Of a stretch of DNA of 64,000 nt, positions 51,319 to 64,000 are shown piece by piece. Numbering within the stretch: position 1 is the stretch's first letter; every line of letters starts with the position of its first letter. The notes below the pieces were generated by a model. That model did not search any database, was not told the DNA's origin, and was given only the letters and a program-made list of their open reading frames with translations. Source of the DNA: Octopus vulgaris. Taxonomy: Eukaryota. Location of the stretch: NCBI GenBank assembly GCA_951406725.2, contig OX597829.1:19344001-19408000 (forward strand), written 5' to 3'. The translations under genes were made by a program, and so were the position numbers.

Positions 51319-52746
51319 TATATATATGCGTGTGTGTGTGAGTGAGAAACTGCAGTAAAGTTTGTCCTAACAGAACATCCATGTTTAAGTGGGGATAAAT
51401 ATTACCTCTTGGTAGTAATACTGCCTCTGTCACTAATATATACATGATAAGCTTCTTTCAGTTTCCATCAAACAAATTCTAGTGTGAACTGAATCCAAAG
51501 CAATACATGGCTATATTGTTAAGAAGCAAACTTCTTAACAACATAACCACAGCTGTGCCTGTAGTCATGCCTACACCTATCACACAAGTGAAAAATATTC
51601 AGCAGCTAGGGGTTCAAACATGAAAATAAGGGTTCACCATAGAAAGATGTCTCAAGGAGCACCCAAAATAGTAAAAACAAAAGCAGACTCTCATACACAC
51701 AATGGCTTTTGCACAGTTTCGATTATGATGTTCCATATGCGACAGATCTGTCAATCTGAGGCAGTGAGAGAAAACATGCCAATGGTGTTGCAAAGTGGGA
51801 TTGAACCCAGAACTACCTGTTTGCCTTTGCAAAGCAAACGTCTTAGCCACACAGGCAATTAGTGAATTTACTTAAGTAATATTATATTACAAGTAACTTA
51901 TGTCAAGCCAAGAACAAAAGACAACAGTGTTTGAAGTCGGATTAAGGATCAAACTAAATACAATATTGTCTCTAATTTATGAACAAAGCCAACAAATTTG
52001 ATGTGGAGTGGGAGTGGGATTAGCTGAAAACACTGACACCCCCACCCCAGCCTCTGAGGGAATAAAAAGCTAAGCTGGGGCGCAAGTGCTGTAACAGCAC
52101 ATTGCTGCATCCACCATGTTGGTAATTCCCAAACCCTAACAGGTGACATCTTTGCACCACTCAGATGACAGCCCTCCAACCCATGGGTCTCTCTGGTGAA
52201 GGTTTTACAAGGTAGGAGTGCAAACCTCTTTTAGTTGCCTTTAACAACAACGTTGGGACTATCCTTTGACATACCAATTCCCACACAGCACTAGAGCAAT
52301 GTGAAATGAAGTACTTTGCTCAAGGACTAACTTACTGCCCAGTTCAGGAATCAAACCCACAACCTTGCAAATCATGAGTGCAACATCCTAACCACAAAGC
52401 CATGTGTCTTCATGTACAATCATAAAGAACCAAAAAAAAAAAAATACTACAAGGCATGTTCTCTGATACTGTAGCACTTATTTCCTAAAATGATAACTTC
52501 TCAAAAATAAAATAAAAGCATTTAATTTTGTTAAAGTCAGAAACTATAATTCTTAATTTGAAGAAATTCCATAAAGTGATCTAATTACATTGTTAACAAA
52601 CAAGGAAATTTTTTAACTGGGGAATGGGGGAGATACAAATGCTGATTTTTACCAAGATAACTTGAAAAATCAATACCACTAAATTTTATGGCATTTCTAA
52701 AGCCTTTTCTATAATCTCAAAAATTATTATATAATTACTCCTCAAT

Positions 52747-52784
<38 letters not shown>

Positions 52785-53689
52785 GACTAAAAATAAGGAA
52801 TTTTAAATTCTTATATTGTAATTATCAACCTTATCTTTTTCGTTTGTTTCCTCTACGTGATTGTTTACATAATTAAAGTTCAAAACTAAATATAAATTAC
52901 AGTAAGCAATGATCAACCTTAAGTTTGGGTATGGAATACATTTGTGAATTTTCAAGTGAATCTGGTGATAAGAAAAAGAGATTAGATATGGTCATGAGAT
53001 ATACCAATATCTTATTGTTCATATATATATATATACTAGATAAGGGTTTGAGTCATACTTAACTTTCCTTCTTGTTTTGTCCTCTATGATACGCAGCAAG
53101 TTAATAATTATTAGGAAGTTCAAAGAATTATACATGTTTATGAATACAAAAAATTTATAGTCTCTGTTTTATTAGGTTTTTTTTTCTCTGCATTAGATGC
53201 ATGCATGGTTGTGTGGTTAAAAAGCCAGTCTTCTAGCCATGTGGTTTCAGGTTCAGTCCCACTGTATGGCACCTCAGGGTAAGAGTCTATCTAGTCCTGG
53301 GCCAATCAAAGACTTGAGTGAATTTGGTAAAACAAAAACTGAAAGCCTGCCAAGCGCATATGTGTGTGTGTGGATGGGTGGGCAGGTGGATTTCACCCAT
53401 GCTTGACATTACGTGATGGTTCTAAATGAACATCACAATCATAGAAAGTGTGTGTCTGACCATGGGAAAAAATTTCCTTGCTTGGAAACAGGTGAGGGTT
53501 GGGGTCAGGAAGGTCATCTGGGTGTAGAAAATCTGCTTCCTCAACAAATTCCATTTGACCCATGCAAGCATGGAAAGATGGACATTAAAAGAGATGATTT
53601 AGTTAAGCTGACGTGAAGTAGCCAACTAGATATGGCACTGGCTCACAATTTACAAGAGCATATCTACCGTGTCTTGTTTCTTAAATCTA

Positions 53690-55315
53690 AGTAACTTCAT
53701 GAATGGGAGAAAGGGACCCCCCCCCCCTATGTGAACCCAACAGAGGCCAGCTATTCTAGCTGACAGCAGTATGACAGATAAAGTAATTAAGGATATGAAG
53801 ACAAGGAAAGTCTCTGGTCCATTTGGAATTACTGCCAAGATGCTTAAAATACCTGGTGGAGTAGGATACAGTCTAGTTACCCATGTAGTTAATTAGCTTA
53901 TTCAAGAAGGTGCCGTCCACAATGACTGGTGTAGCAGCATAATAGTCAGCTGCTAAAGGGTAAAGACAGAAGTAATTATGGAAGTATCAAATTATTGGAC
54001 CACATCATAAAAGTTACAGAGATAGTTACAACCCAATTAATCAGGAACATAATTAGAGTAGATGAAATGTAGTTTGGCTTTGTGATAGGGAGAAGTACTA
54101 CTGACACTATCTTTTAGTCAAATGAATACAGGAAAAGTATTTAGCTCAGAATAAACCACTGTAACTAACATCCATTGACCTAGAAAAATCCTTGTTCTGT
54201 GATATGTGGGCAATGAGGAAGCTAAAGATAAACAAATAGCTTGTCAAAACTGTACAGGCCATGGACTGGGGTGCCGTCAGTAAGGTAAAAGTTAACCATA
54301 AGTACAGTGACAAATTTAGTGTACAGGTAGGCATTCATCAGGGCTCAGATCTCAGTCCTCTCCTATTCATCATTGTCCTCCTGATGATGATTGAGGAATT
54401 TTAGACTGGCTGCCCTTGGAAACAACTATTACACCAATGATCTCACTCTCATAGCAGAAGCTGTAACAGAGTTAGAAACTCCAGGTGTGGAGGCAAAACT
54501 TGGAACTGAAGGGTTTTAGAGTTAACTTAGCAAAGACTAAAGTTCTAGTAAACAAGAAAATAGACAAAGCTTAACATCCTTCAGGTGAATGGCCCTTTCA
54601 GTATGTAGCAGACAGGAATTTCATATGGTATACCTAGTGTAAGCTATGGACATACAAGAGGCTCAGTGGAATTATAGGAAGGTTAATGGAGAAAGAAGTG
54701 TTTGTGTGTGGAAAGTGCATAGGTGTCATAAAGACTACAGATACACAAATACATTTTCTCAAATATTCTGGAAGCTCTCTAGAGGTAATTGATAATTTCT
54801 GTTCCTTAGGTGACCTAATTAGCAGTAGAGACGACTGTCCTAAAAGAATAGTTGCTAAAATAAGATGAGGAAGGAGAAAATTCATGGAACTTTTACCTCT
54901 GTTGACAGCAAAAGGCCTCTCCAAATAAAAGGAAAATTATATAATGCTGGTGTACAAACTGCAATTGTTACAAGGTAGTGAGATGTGGGGCCTAAATACA
55001 GAGAACATACAAAGACTAGAAAAAAATGAAGCATGTGTGCTTTGTTGGATTGCAATATCAGCACTCATGTAACAAAGTGCTAGCATACTGAGAGAAAAGT
55101 TAGGCATTAGAGAAATTAGATTTAGTGTGCAAGCGAGAAAGCTTCACTGGTTTGGTCATGTAATGGATATGGATCAGGAGAGTTGCATAAAGAAGAGTTA
55201 ATTGCTTAAAGTAGATGGAACTTGTAGAAGATGGAGATACAGGAAGACATTGGATGAAGTATTAGAAGTAGGAGATTACTGGCATTTTGCTGTGGTCGAG
55301 AAAACCCAACCACCA
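53690..55315 (+). mobile_element. Decayed RTE-like LINE (RT through 3' end)
   Basis: KTRKVSGPFGITAKMLK, FGFVIGRSTTDTIF, VQVGIHQGSDLSPLLFIIVL, FCSLGDLIS and LHWFGHVMDMD; numerous stops. Confidence 0.88.
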
Positions 55316-56322
55316 TAGCAGAAATTATACCCTATGGTTGGTGGGGTTATCAAGCTTTTCTCCAATACCTTAGCCCCTAACACTTGTATCTTCTCTGACT
55401 ATGGTACTACTTAGCGGCTGAAATCATCACCTGAGAGCAGAATAACAACATAATATCCCCACACAACCACTTCCATTCCTCATTATCTTCCCCTTCCCTC
55501 CACTGTTTCCACAAATCACTGGCTTTCTGTGCCTTCTTCCATTGCTCTCTCTCACCTTCCTCTGCTATACTCTGTCCTTAACACCTCTTATCTGCTTTGC
55601 TCTCAATCCCCCACACCACTCCACTCTGAGCCACTCCTACATCTCTCATTATATCACTAGCTACAGTCAGATCTACCTCATCTCTAAACATCTCCCTCAC
55701 ACTTCCTTCTCTATCACCCTTCTTTCCACTCACTCTGTCCAATCGGCTGTATCATTTCACCTAGCTGTCTCGACATCTCTACCACCATTTCTCTCTGTCT
55801 CTCTCACTAACTGGGGTAGCTATGTATCTTCTCTACAGCAAGACATCTGTTTCTGTCCCTCTTGCAGAGTTTAGCCGCTCATCAAACACAAAACCACCTC
55901 TCTCAATACCACTCCCTCTGAAGGTTGAAAGGTCTTCTGTCTTTCAAGTTATTTGGTGACCATTCTGGTGCTGGTGCCACATAAAAAGCACCCAGTACAT
56001 ACTGTAAAGTGGTTGATATCAGGAAGAGCATCAAGCTGTAGAAACCATGCCGAAGCAGATAATAGAGCTTGGCACAGTCCTCCGGCTTACCAACTCCTCT
56101 CAAACCATCCAACCCATGCCAGCATGGAAAGCAGCCATTAACTGATGGTATATTACTTTGCCAAAAATTGTATACTTACAAACCGAAAAACTGAAAATCA
56201 TGTTATTCACCAAGGCATTAACAACATAATTGAAATGAGATGGATTCAAATATAAATTGAAACTAAACTGCAATTTTAGCTATTAGAGAGTCTACCTCTT
56301 GTTTCATAGTACCTTCCACCTT

Positions 56323-56543
56323 TTAACCCTTTGGTTACCAGCCCACCTGGGACTACCCCATGTTCTATCACATAAATTTACAGTTTTAAAGAGGTCTAAA
56401 TCATAATATTCCGACAAAATTTTATGCTAAATTGCTCCAGACCCCAGATTAATAATGAGGTTATTTTACTAAATATTATTCTAAAAATTAATTGAAACAA
56501 AGGCAGTGTATTTCAACAGAAATATTGTAACAAAAAGAGTTAA
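56323..56543. mobile_element. piggyBac-like MITE ~50 bp from a UBL3 donor site
   Basis: TTAACCCTTTGGTTACC...GTAACAAAAAGAGTTAA, TTAA at both ends. Confidence 0.55.
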
Positions 56544-56590
56544 TTATTAAATTTAAGATGTAAAAAAAAAAGTAAATAAATGTTACTTAC

Positions 56591-56677
56591 CTCCAAGGGT
56601 TACATTTCCATGAAGAAACCGTCCTTGGTAAATCAACCTCAAAATATTTGTAGATGGCAAAGCCTCATCTGCCCAAT
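56591..56677 (-). CDS. UBL3: UBL3 coding exon: (D)WADEALPSTNILRLIYQGRFLHGNVTLG
   Basis: Carries the diagnostic NILRLIYQGRFLHGNVTLG. Acceptor ttttag, donor GTAAGT, 87 nt, phase 1-1, in frame with its neighbours. Confidence 0.97.
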
Positions 56678-57979
56678 CTAAAATATATATAAAATAAGTT
56701 AGAGAAATATTCTGAAATGTATTAAATTTATAGCTTAAGAATAAACTTTAAAAAAAAAGGTCAAAATCAGTAGTGATTATTATTAAGAAATTATGAAACA
56801 ATTGTATGTCACACAAAACAAAAATATCAACTATTATTCCAGTTTTACTAAATTACTACAGAAAAATATTCATTTCAAATAATTTGATATTGTGACTAGA
56901 TTTTTGGTTGTAAAATAATTATTTCTTGCTGGTACATAAATGAAAAGTTATGGCTTTCATTAATTCTCTTAAAACAAACATTTGATGCAAAACAGAAAAC
57001 TAAAATACTGATTTCTTACAATGGCATAAGACCATAAATTGGTGTGGTCTGGGAAAGGCCTATCTGACTGAACAGACCTGGCACACACAATACATTTTCT
57101 TGATTTCCTTGAAATGAAAAAGTCAAAAACCTCAACAAGGTTGGAACTAAATATCCAGTACACCTATTTCAGTAGTTTCATTCTGTTTGAATGACATCAT
57201 AATTTCAATATATAATAAAAAATTTATCTCAACTAAAATACTTGGTAGTAAAGCTTTATGGCTATTTGATTCAATCCAACATAATGTAAATATTATTTTA
57301 GCAATTCTAAAAATATTTAAGATTTATGTAGTTGCTCATTCCATTACAAGCAGCAAGCTCAAACTACCAAATGGAATGGTAAGAGGCATCAAACTACAGG
57401 ACTGCTATGCATATAAACCTGGCCATAACTGTTTTATATACATAAGAGGTTGGTTGTTTGTTTTTTAATACACAGGCATAAAATCAGACTGATACATGAA
57501 GAAATATCTACCAAGTGCAATCTATTTTTTTCTGTTAATCAGTGGTGTATAATTAATCATAAATTGGAAATTTGGGTCTAAGTTTAATAAGAACTAGGGA
57601 ATAAAGAGAGAGCCTTTATGTAGTTGCTCATTCTATTACAAATAGCAACCAGTACTACCTCAAAATATATTGCTATTTTTACAAAGGAGAGATACTTTGG
57701 ATAATGTGGTATAATATGACTGAATAGAAAGCAGGATGGTCATGACTGGATTAGATATAATCAAAGCTGGTTCAAGACGGGCCTGGGTCTAAGCAATAGC
57801 AATTTCTCAAAAAGCACCAAATTTTACATTTTTAAGAGGAGTACATTTTTAGCTTTCATAAATAGAAAGGAAACTGCTAAAGTTGATAATTGAAACTATG
57901 TGATTTAGTCAGTGCACCAGCAGCTTACCTCTCACACAACAAAAACATTAATCTCAATAACAACATTAGCATAACTTAC

Positions 57980-58088
57980 CTTCTGGCCAATTACTATAAA
58001 CATATTCTGTAATGTCAGCAGCTGAATCATTAGGAGAAAATATAAACTCTTTTGTTTTCCCACTGACTAATATTAGTCGTATTGTGAT
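57980..58088 (-). CDS. UBL3: UBL3 coding exon (equivalent to vertebrate exon 2): ITIRLILVSGKTKEFIFSPNDSAADITEYVYSNWPE
   Basis: Translation closely matches the UBL3/MUB N-terminus as I recall it (human INLRLILVSGKTKEFLFSPNDSASDI). Acceptor ttttgtcttcag, donor GTAAGT, 109 nt, phase 0 to phase 1. Confidence 0.96.
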
Positions 58089-58185
58089 CTGAAGACAAAA
58101 AAAGAAATGAGTATGTGTTAAGTGAGGTACAGTGAATTGCAACACGGAATTTCTTGAAACAAAATTTATATAGAATACTCCAAGC

Positions 58186-58696
58186 CAGTAGGTGCCAACC
58201 ATTTTTTACCAATAGACCCCTTTGGTTTCTATTTTACTCTACTGGGCTTTCATGGCCATGTGGAAAAAGCTAAGTGAAATCTTAGTTGTAGCTAGTGTTA
58301 GTAACACATAAAAGGCACCCATGCTGGTGGCACATAAAAGACACCTGTGCCGGTGACATGGAAAAGGCACCCATGCTGGTGATGCATGAAAGGCACCCCC
58401 TATGCTATGGTTGGCACTAGGAAGGGCATCCAGTAGTAGAAACCAAGCCAAAACAGACTGGAACCTGGTGCAGCTTTTGAGCTTACTAGCTCAAGTCAAA
58501 CCAGCTTGCCCATGCCAGAATGGCAAACAGATATTAAATGCTGATGATAATGACAATGAGAATGATTAAGATGATTAGAAATTGTATAAAAAAAAAAAAT
58601 TAATATTTTGTGTATTATAGAATAACCAATTTGTTACTGATAAATTTTAACAAAATCATATATGGGCCATATGGACCCCAGTTGAAAAACACTGGT
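58186..58696. mobile_element. hAT-like MITE with a nested (GAT)n-tailed retroposon
   Basis: CAGTAGGTGCCAACC...GTTGAAAAACACTG ends. Body similar to 31248-31460 and 34868-35134. Confidence 0.55.
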
Positions 58697-59516
58697 CTAA
58701 GTGAGTTCAGCTCAAACAAAAAAAGTATAATTTAGGAGAAACTTTAAAATTATATTTTGTTTTTGGATTTGGTTTGCAAGATTCTTTATATGAGTTTGTG
58801 TGTTGAAGCACATTCTGTTGTGTCTGGGGCGAGTCATTTTGTTTTTGTGCCTTATAATTTAACACACTGACCAGTAAAATTTCCACTTATTTCTTATTTT
58901 TATTTTCCTAAAATTTTCTTTTTGTTGTGTCTTGCAACCTTTTCAATAGTCTTAAAATTTATGAAAACAACATATTGGTAACAAAAATATTTGAAGTTTC
59001 AAAATGATCACCAAAATTTTACTATGAGAAACAAGTGAGAAAATTAAACAAGTATTAGTCAATTGAAAAAGTATCTGAATATGCAATCAATATGTAGAAT
59101 CACATTGATAGAAGTGGCACCAATAAGTGGAAGTACCACAGTGAGGTTAGACTACATGAAAACCTGAGAAATTTTGAACTTTACAGAGAAGTCAGAACAT
59201 TTGTTTGTTATGCAGAACTGTCCAAACAACTGTGGGGAAAAAAAAAAAAGAAAAAAAATCACTGAAATAATGATCAAGATTATAAAGATCAAAAAGGTCA
59301 TGTGTGTAACTAGCATGGAAAAGATTCAAGTTATATGAGCCAGCATTGAGTGAATGTGTAAAAAAAGTGTTTCATGTCTAGTCTTGTAAATTTGGATAAT
59401 ATCAATTATTGGAATAGGTAATTTGAGGAGAGTTATAGACAGGCAAAAGAGTTGGGGTGGGGCTCACATTCTATTGTAGTCACGCTGTATCTAAGGTTCT
59501 GATAAAAAAATAATGT

Positions 59517-59878
59517 AAGGCGTAGTAGCTGTGCGGTAAGAAGTTAAGAAGTTTGCTTGCCAACCACATAGTTCCAGGCTCAGTCCCACTACATGGTACC
59601 TTAAGTGTCTTCTACTATAGCCTTGGGCTGACCAAAGCCTTGTGAGTGGATTTGGCAGACAGAAACAGAAAGAAGCTTGTTGTATATATACATACATGCA
59701 TATATACTTACATCCATACTCACAGGCGTGACTCAGTGGTAAGAAGCTTTCTTCCCAACCACATAGTTCCAGGTTCAGTCCCATTGTGTGGCACCTTGGG
59801 TAAGTGTCTTCTGCTATAGCCTCAGGCCGATCAAACCCTTGTGAGAGGATTTAGTAGATGGAAACTGAAAGAAGCTTG

Positions 59879-59923
<45 letters not shown>

Positions 59924-60100
59924 ACTACCACCACTGTTTGACAACCAGTGTTGGTATGCTTACATCCCTGTAACATAGCAGTTCAGCAAAAGAGACCAAT
60001 AGAATAAGTACCAGGCTTTAAAAAAATTTTTCAATGCAGTGCCCCAGCATGGCCACAGTCTAAGTCTAATGATTGAAAACAAGTAAAAGACAAAAGACAG
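59517..60100 (+). mobile_element. Tandem family-A SINEs (head-only copy then full copy)
   Basis: Two heads at ~59517 and ~59722; tail CCCCAGCATGGCCACAGTC...AAACAAGTAAAAG. Confidence 0.8.
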
Positions 60101-60251
60101 AAGATATGCATCTCATTAGGCTGCAGTGCCAAGTTCAACTGCACCAGAAGAAAGAAGGTTGGAGAGGATCAAAGCTTTCTTACACTGAAGCAGAGTCCCT
60201 AATATTATTTACTATGCATTATGAAACAACTAACACTTGATAGTGTACTAT

Positions 60252-60578
60252 AGTGGTACTCTGTCGGTTACAGCGACGAGGGTTTCAGTTGATCCGATGA
60301 ATGGAACAGCCTGCATATGAAATTACTGTGCAAGAGGCTGAGCACCCCACAAACATGTGTATCTTTAACATAGTTCTCAGGGAGATTCAGCATGATACAG
60401 AGTGTGACATGGCTGGCCCTTTGAATTACTGGTACAACTCATTTTTGCCAGCTGAATGCACTGGAGCAACGTGAAATAAAATGCCTTGCTCATGGACATG
60501 CCATGCTGCCAGGAATCAAACTCCCAACCTTACGATTGTGAGCTGGTTACCCTAACCATTTAGCCATGTACCTTCACA
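60252..60578 (-). mobile_element. Full-length family-B SINE
   Basis: Minus strand TGGCTAAATGGTTAGGG...GAGTTTGATTCC...CCATGAGCAAGGCA...CAACTGAAACCCTCGTCGCTGTAACCGACAGAGTACCAC. Confidence 0.8.
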
Positions 60579-62221
60579 CTTGATAGTAGCAATCATTCAA
60601 CTTTAATAATTGTTTTGTCAAGTTAATACACTAGCATTAATGTCATAATTTAAATTGAACATCTGAGAATTCTAAATCTTTAATATTTACCATTAACAGA
60701 TTAATCAGGTTTACACAACTCTTTTTTTTTCATTGCATAATCCACAGTACATGATTATCTCCTAAATTAAGGGATTTTAGATTACTCAAACTCAGCTAAG
60801 CAAGGAGATAGTAGTATTAGCTGTCTGTAAAGCAATACTTACATGTTTTCTATGGGTGAATAATTTATTTAGGTTTTTTTAATTCTTTGATAGAAGTTTG
60901 CTCATAGGATGAGCAAGAACAATGTGTCTTAAGTGATAAAATGGCATAATCTGATACTTAAGTGGATGAGGCAGAGAGATAAACCAAGAGATAAGTGATT
61001 CAGTCATGAAATGAGATGTGACAAATACAGCTCTATCAAAAATCATTCTAGAACCAGAAAAAAAAAGCAGCTGTATAGTCCAGTGCATATGATTTAAAAG
61101 TAATTAAATAATTATAACAATTCTTCATTATCAACAATAGACAAACAATTTTTTTTTAATATACAAATATTTTCAAAATACCAGCCAGCAAACTGGTACA
61201 AAAGATATAAGTTTTATTTGAGTTTTCTTGAACATGGCTCTACTTTACTCGCAGATAAAAATGCACTCAGAAAAATTTCACTAACTACTTATATAAAATG
61301 ATTTCTTTAAAAGCTAATAATTTCTATGGGAGTTAGACAATAATGGATCCAAAAAAAACTAAACCTTGTTTTAAGCTCATTTTTTAATGAGAACTGCAGC
61401 TGACCAAGACAAAGAAAATTCTAATTTTATATTTATCTTGTTTCTTGTGCTGTGTGCCAACAAAGGTGATATGATGATGGATGGAAATGATTTAGTAACC
61501 AATAAATATGTCAAGGAGAGGTGTGTTCAAAGCTGGTTTAAGGATTGTTGGGACTCCAAACAATCTATACATTTAAAATAGAGGACATCCTGCTGAGGAC
61601 TTTAAAAGAGTACATACATACACACAGGCATTAACAAAAACATTTTGATATTCTGTGTATCTAAAATAGATTCCTTATTTTTGTTTAAAATCCTTCTTGC
61701 CATTGCAATAGTTGTTTGCTCTTCCTAATACCAACTACTTCACAGAGTGTGCTAAAAGCAGCCAACACACTTTAAAGTGGTCAGCATTAGGAAGGGAATC
61801 CAGTCATAGAAACCATGCCAAAGCAGACTGGAGTCTGATGCGCCCCCACCTCCACAAAAAAAAAAAAATTGCCAGCTCTGGCCACACCATCCAGCCAATG
61901 CCAGCATGCACAACAGACATTAAATGATGATGCTGTAATTTGAGGATGTACATGTTTTAAGACAAGAACTATAGAATAACACAGTCCCTGTTGAAGAAAA
62001 TTATTTCAAGTCTAGATACAAAGTGAAAAAAAAAATTATTGTTAAAAAAATTATTGTTAAATAAATTTGATCTGACTTTATAAATTAATAAAGTATATAT
62101 TTAATCTCAATAAATTGAAAGTTAAGTATCAACATCCTTTTGAGTTTATTACATACTTTACATTCACTCACAAAATCCAGTTGTAAAAAATACAGCATTA
62201 ATTCAGGAATGAAAGATAGAT

Positions 62222-62670
62222 GAATGTCGAGGGGGTTTGGCCACATGAAGAGGATGGATGAGGAGTGGATGGTAAGGATAGTGATGAAGGCAGAAGTGGT
62301 AGGCAGCAGAACCAGAGGCAGACATCGGTTTGTGTGGATGGATGGAGTGAGGAAAGCCTTGGTGGTTAGAGGTGTTGGAGTGAGAGAAGCGAGAGAGTTT
62401 ATTAATGATAGGAAAGCTTGGAGAGTGTTTGTGGACAGATGAGTAAATTTGATGTTGCTCAAAGGGGTACGGAACCAGCATGATGTGGCAGGAGTAAACC
62501 AGCTGAAGTTGTCGGGCTCCATTGCTGATATTGGGGGTTGCTTTCTCTGCCTTGACCCGAGCATAGGACAGGGCTCACCTCTTTGAGATGGGAAATGAAT
62601 TAAATGTCTCGTATGTGTCTTGTGGCTACCCCCTCTTCTGGGGGAAAAGGCCTTGGTAAATAAAAACGTA
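62222..62670 (+). mobile_element. RTE-clade LINE 3' end
   Basis: GFGHMKRMDEEWMVRIVMKAEVVGSRTRGRHRFVWMDGVRKAL...DRKAWR matches the WFGH..RM...G.R.RGRP..W.D RTE C-terminal signature. Confidence 0.85.
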
Positions 62671-64000
62671 TTCTATCACACCAGATTTTTAAATCTGGAA
62701 TTTATGGATGCTTGGAAACTAAATGTTACCCATTTTTCGAAAGTAATATTCAGATAAGTTGTATCTATGTCCAAAGATTGTATTGTGCAAAGTTGTTTAC
62801 TATCTTACATATAGATCAAAACTATACAGTAAAAAAAAAGATAAAAATGGAACCAATAAAATGATAAAATGTTTCAGTTTATATATTGCTACATACTTCT
62901 GTTTGCATGTATATACACTGCAGCAAGAACAAACTTCTTAAAACTTTATTTGTTCCAACCTGCTTATAGTAGGTAATAACACAAAAGAATTTCATCCAGT
63001 CAATATGTTGCCTAATATGTGAAAACTGTTTAATATAAAAATGTTAATTAAAATCTTATAGGGAAATTTTTCCTATTATTTTATTTAACAATTAACATTT
63101 TATTAAGCTATATATATGGTATAATAATAAAAAAATTACTACAACCGAAATGTCCGATGTTCAAAACACCCAAAAATTGCTCAAGAAATGCATAAAAATA
63201 AAATGCTGGGAGTTTCAAAAAATATCCTCACTTAATAGTTGTTCTGTAACAAGTGATAAAACTGAGTATGTACGTCATCAAAATCAAGTTGGGCTAGAAA
63301 TAAAAAGAGCAATTATGTGTCAATTTTATACAACAGGTGCACTCTTACAGCCAAAGATGGAACTGTTTCAATAGACACATTTTACAAAAACTCAACAAAA
63401 ATAATTTTTATTTGAAAGTTTCCAGAAGAAATATTTACAAACAGAGACATAATTCTGTCCATGACAATTGTTAAGACAAGAGACCAAGACAAGCTAAATG
63501 TGCAAGATGTAATGACAAAGTAACACAGAATCTCAATTTATCAAAACTGAAAAATTCATAGTCTGTTTTGGAGTGGTAGTGGTGAATGGGGGAATAAATT
63601 CTTACTAGACCAAAACAAGTAAATGATTTGAAATAGTTTGTCATAGTGTGTTTTTATTTCTCACCAACATCATTAAAAATAGTCAGTTAACTTATTAAGC
63701 TAGCATTGTTGGAAGCAAGACATTTATTTACAAAAGGAATGAGTCATTTACAAAAAAGTAAGAAAGTTTTCAAGGGAAAAATTGATGAATGCAGGTAAAT
63801 ATGTGATTGTTCTAGAAGAGTCAAACAATTAAGATATAAGCTGCAATATGCTTAACATACAATCTCTGACCTTCGAAACCATTTTGAAAACAAAATAAAG
63901 TTAGTGTATGGTATAAGATTTACTTATTTTTAAGTATTATTGGTTTTTATAATGCAGGATTGTTAATTTTTGTATTTTCTATTATTGCTAGTTTCAGTTT

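Noticed and set aside
60830-60880. Minus-strand GTAAGT donor as candidate UBL3 first coding exon
   Set aside because: No nearby in-frame ATG and no resemblance to the UBL3 N-terminus; exon 1 is probably outside the window.

Overview
AT-rich, repeat-saturated animal genomic DNA. The microsatellites and SINE/RTE/Penelope content suggest an octopus (coleoid cephalopod); this is inferred from repeat content. Almost all listed ORFs are microsatellite artefacts. One real gene is present: UBL3 (membrane-anchored ubiquitin-like protein 3) on the minus strand, with coding exons at 58088-57980, 56677-56591, 29998-29924 and 27354-27293, ending in the CaaX motif CCIIL. I did not find the first coding exon, which probably lies beyond 64000. 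The rest is decayed mobile DNA: a near full-length mariner, piggyBac/hAT/mariner MITEs, RTE, CR1-like, R4/Dong-like and Penelope-like fragments, and several tRNA-derived SINE families. The most interesting signal is a recurrent set of minimal hammerhead-ribozyme-like motifs (CUGANGA...GAAAC-palindrome-GUH), mostly in fold-back pairs. These include a flip/flop tandem palindrome with four such motifs (50657-51318) and a tRNA-headed SINE whose tail is a hammerhead (15198-15528). There is also a 109-bp satellite with 4-mer higher-order structure (28511-29695). All alignments and folds were done by eye.
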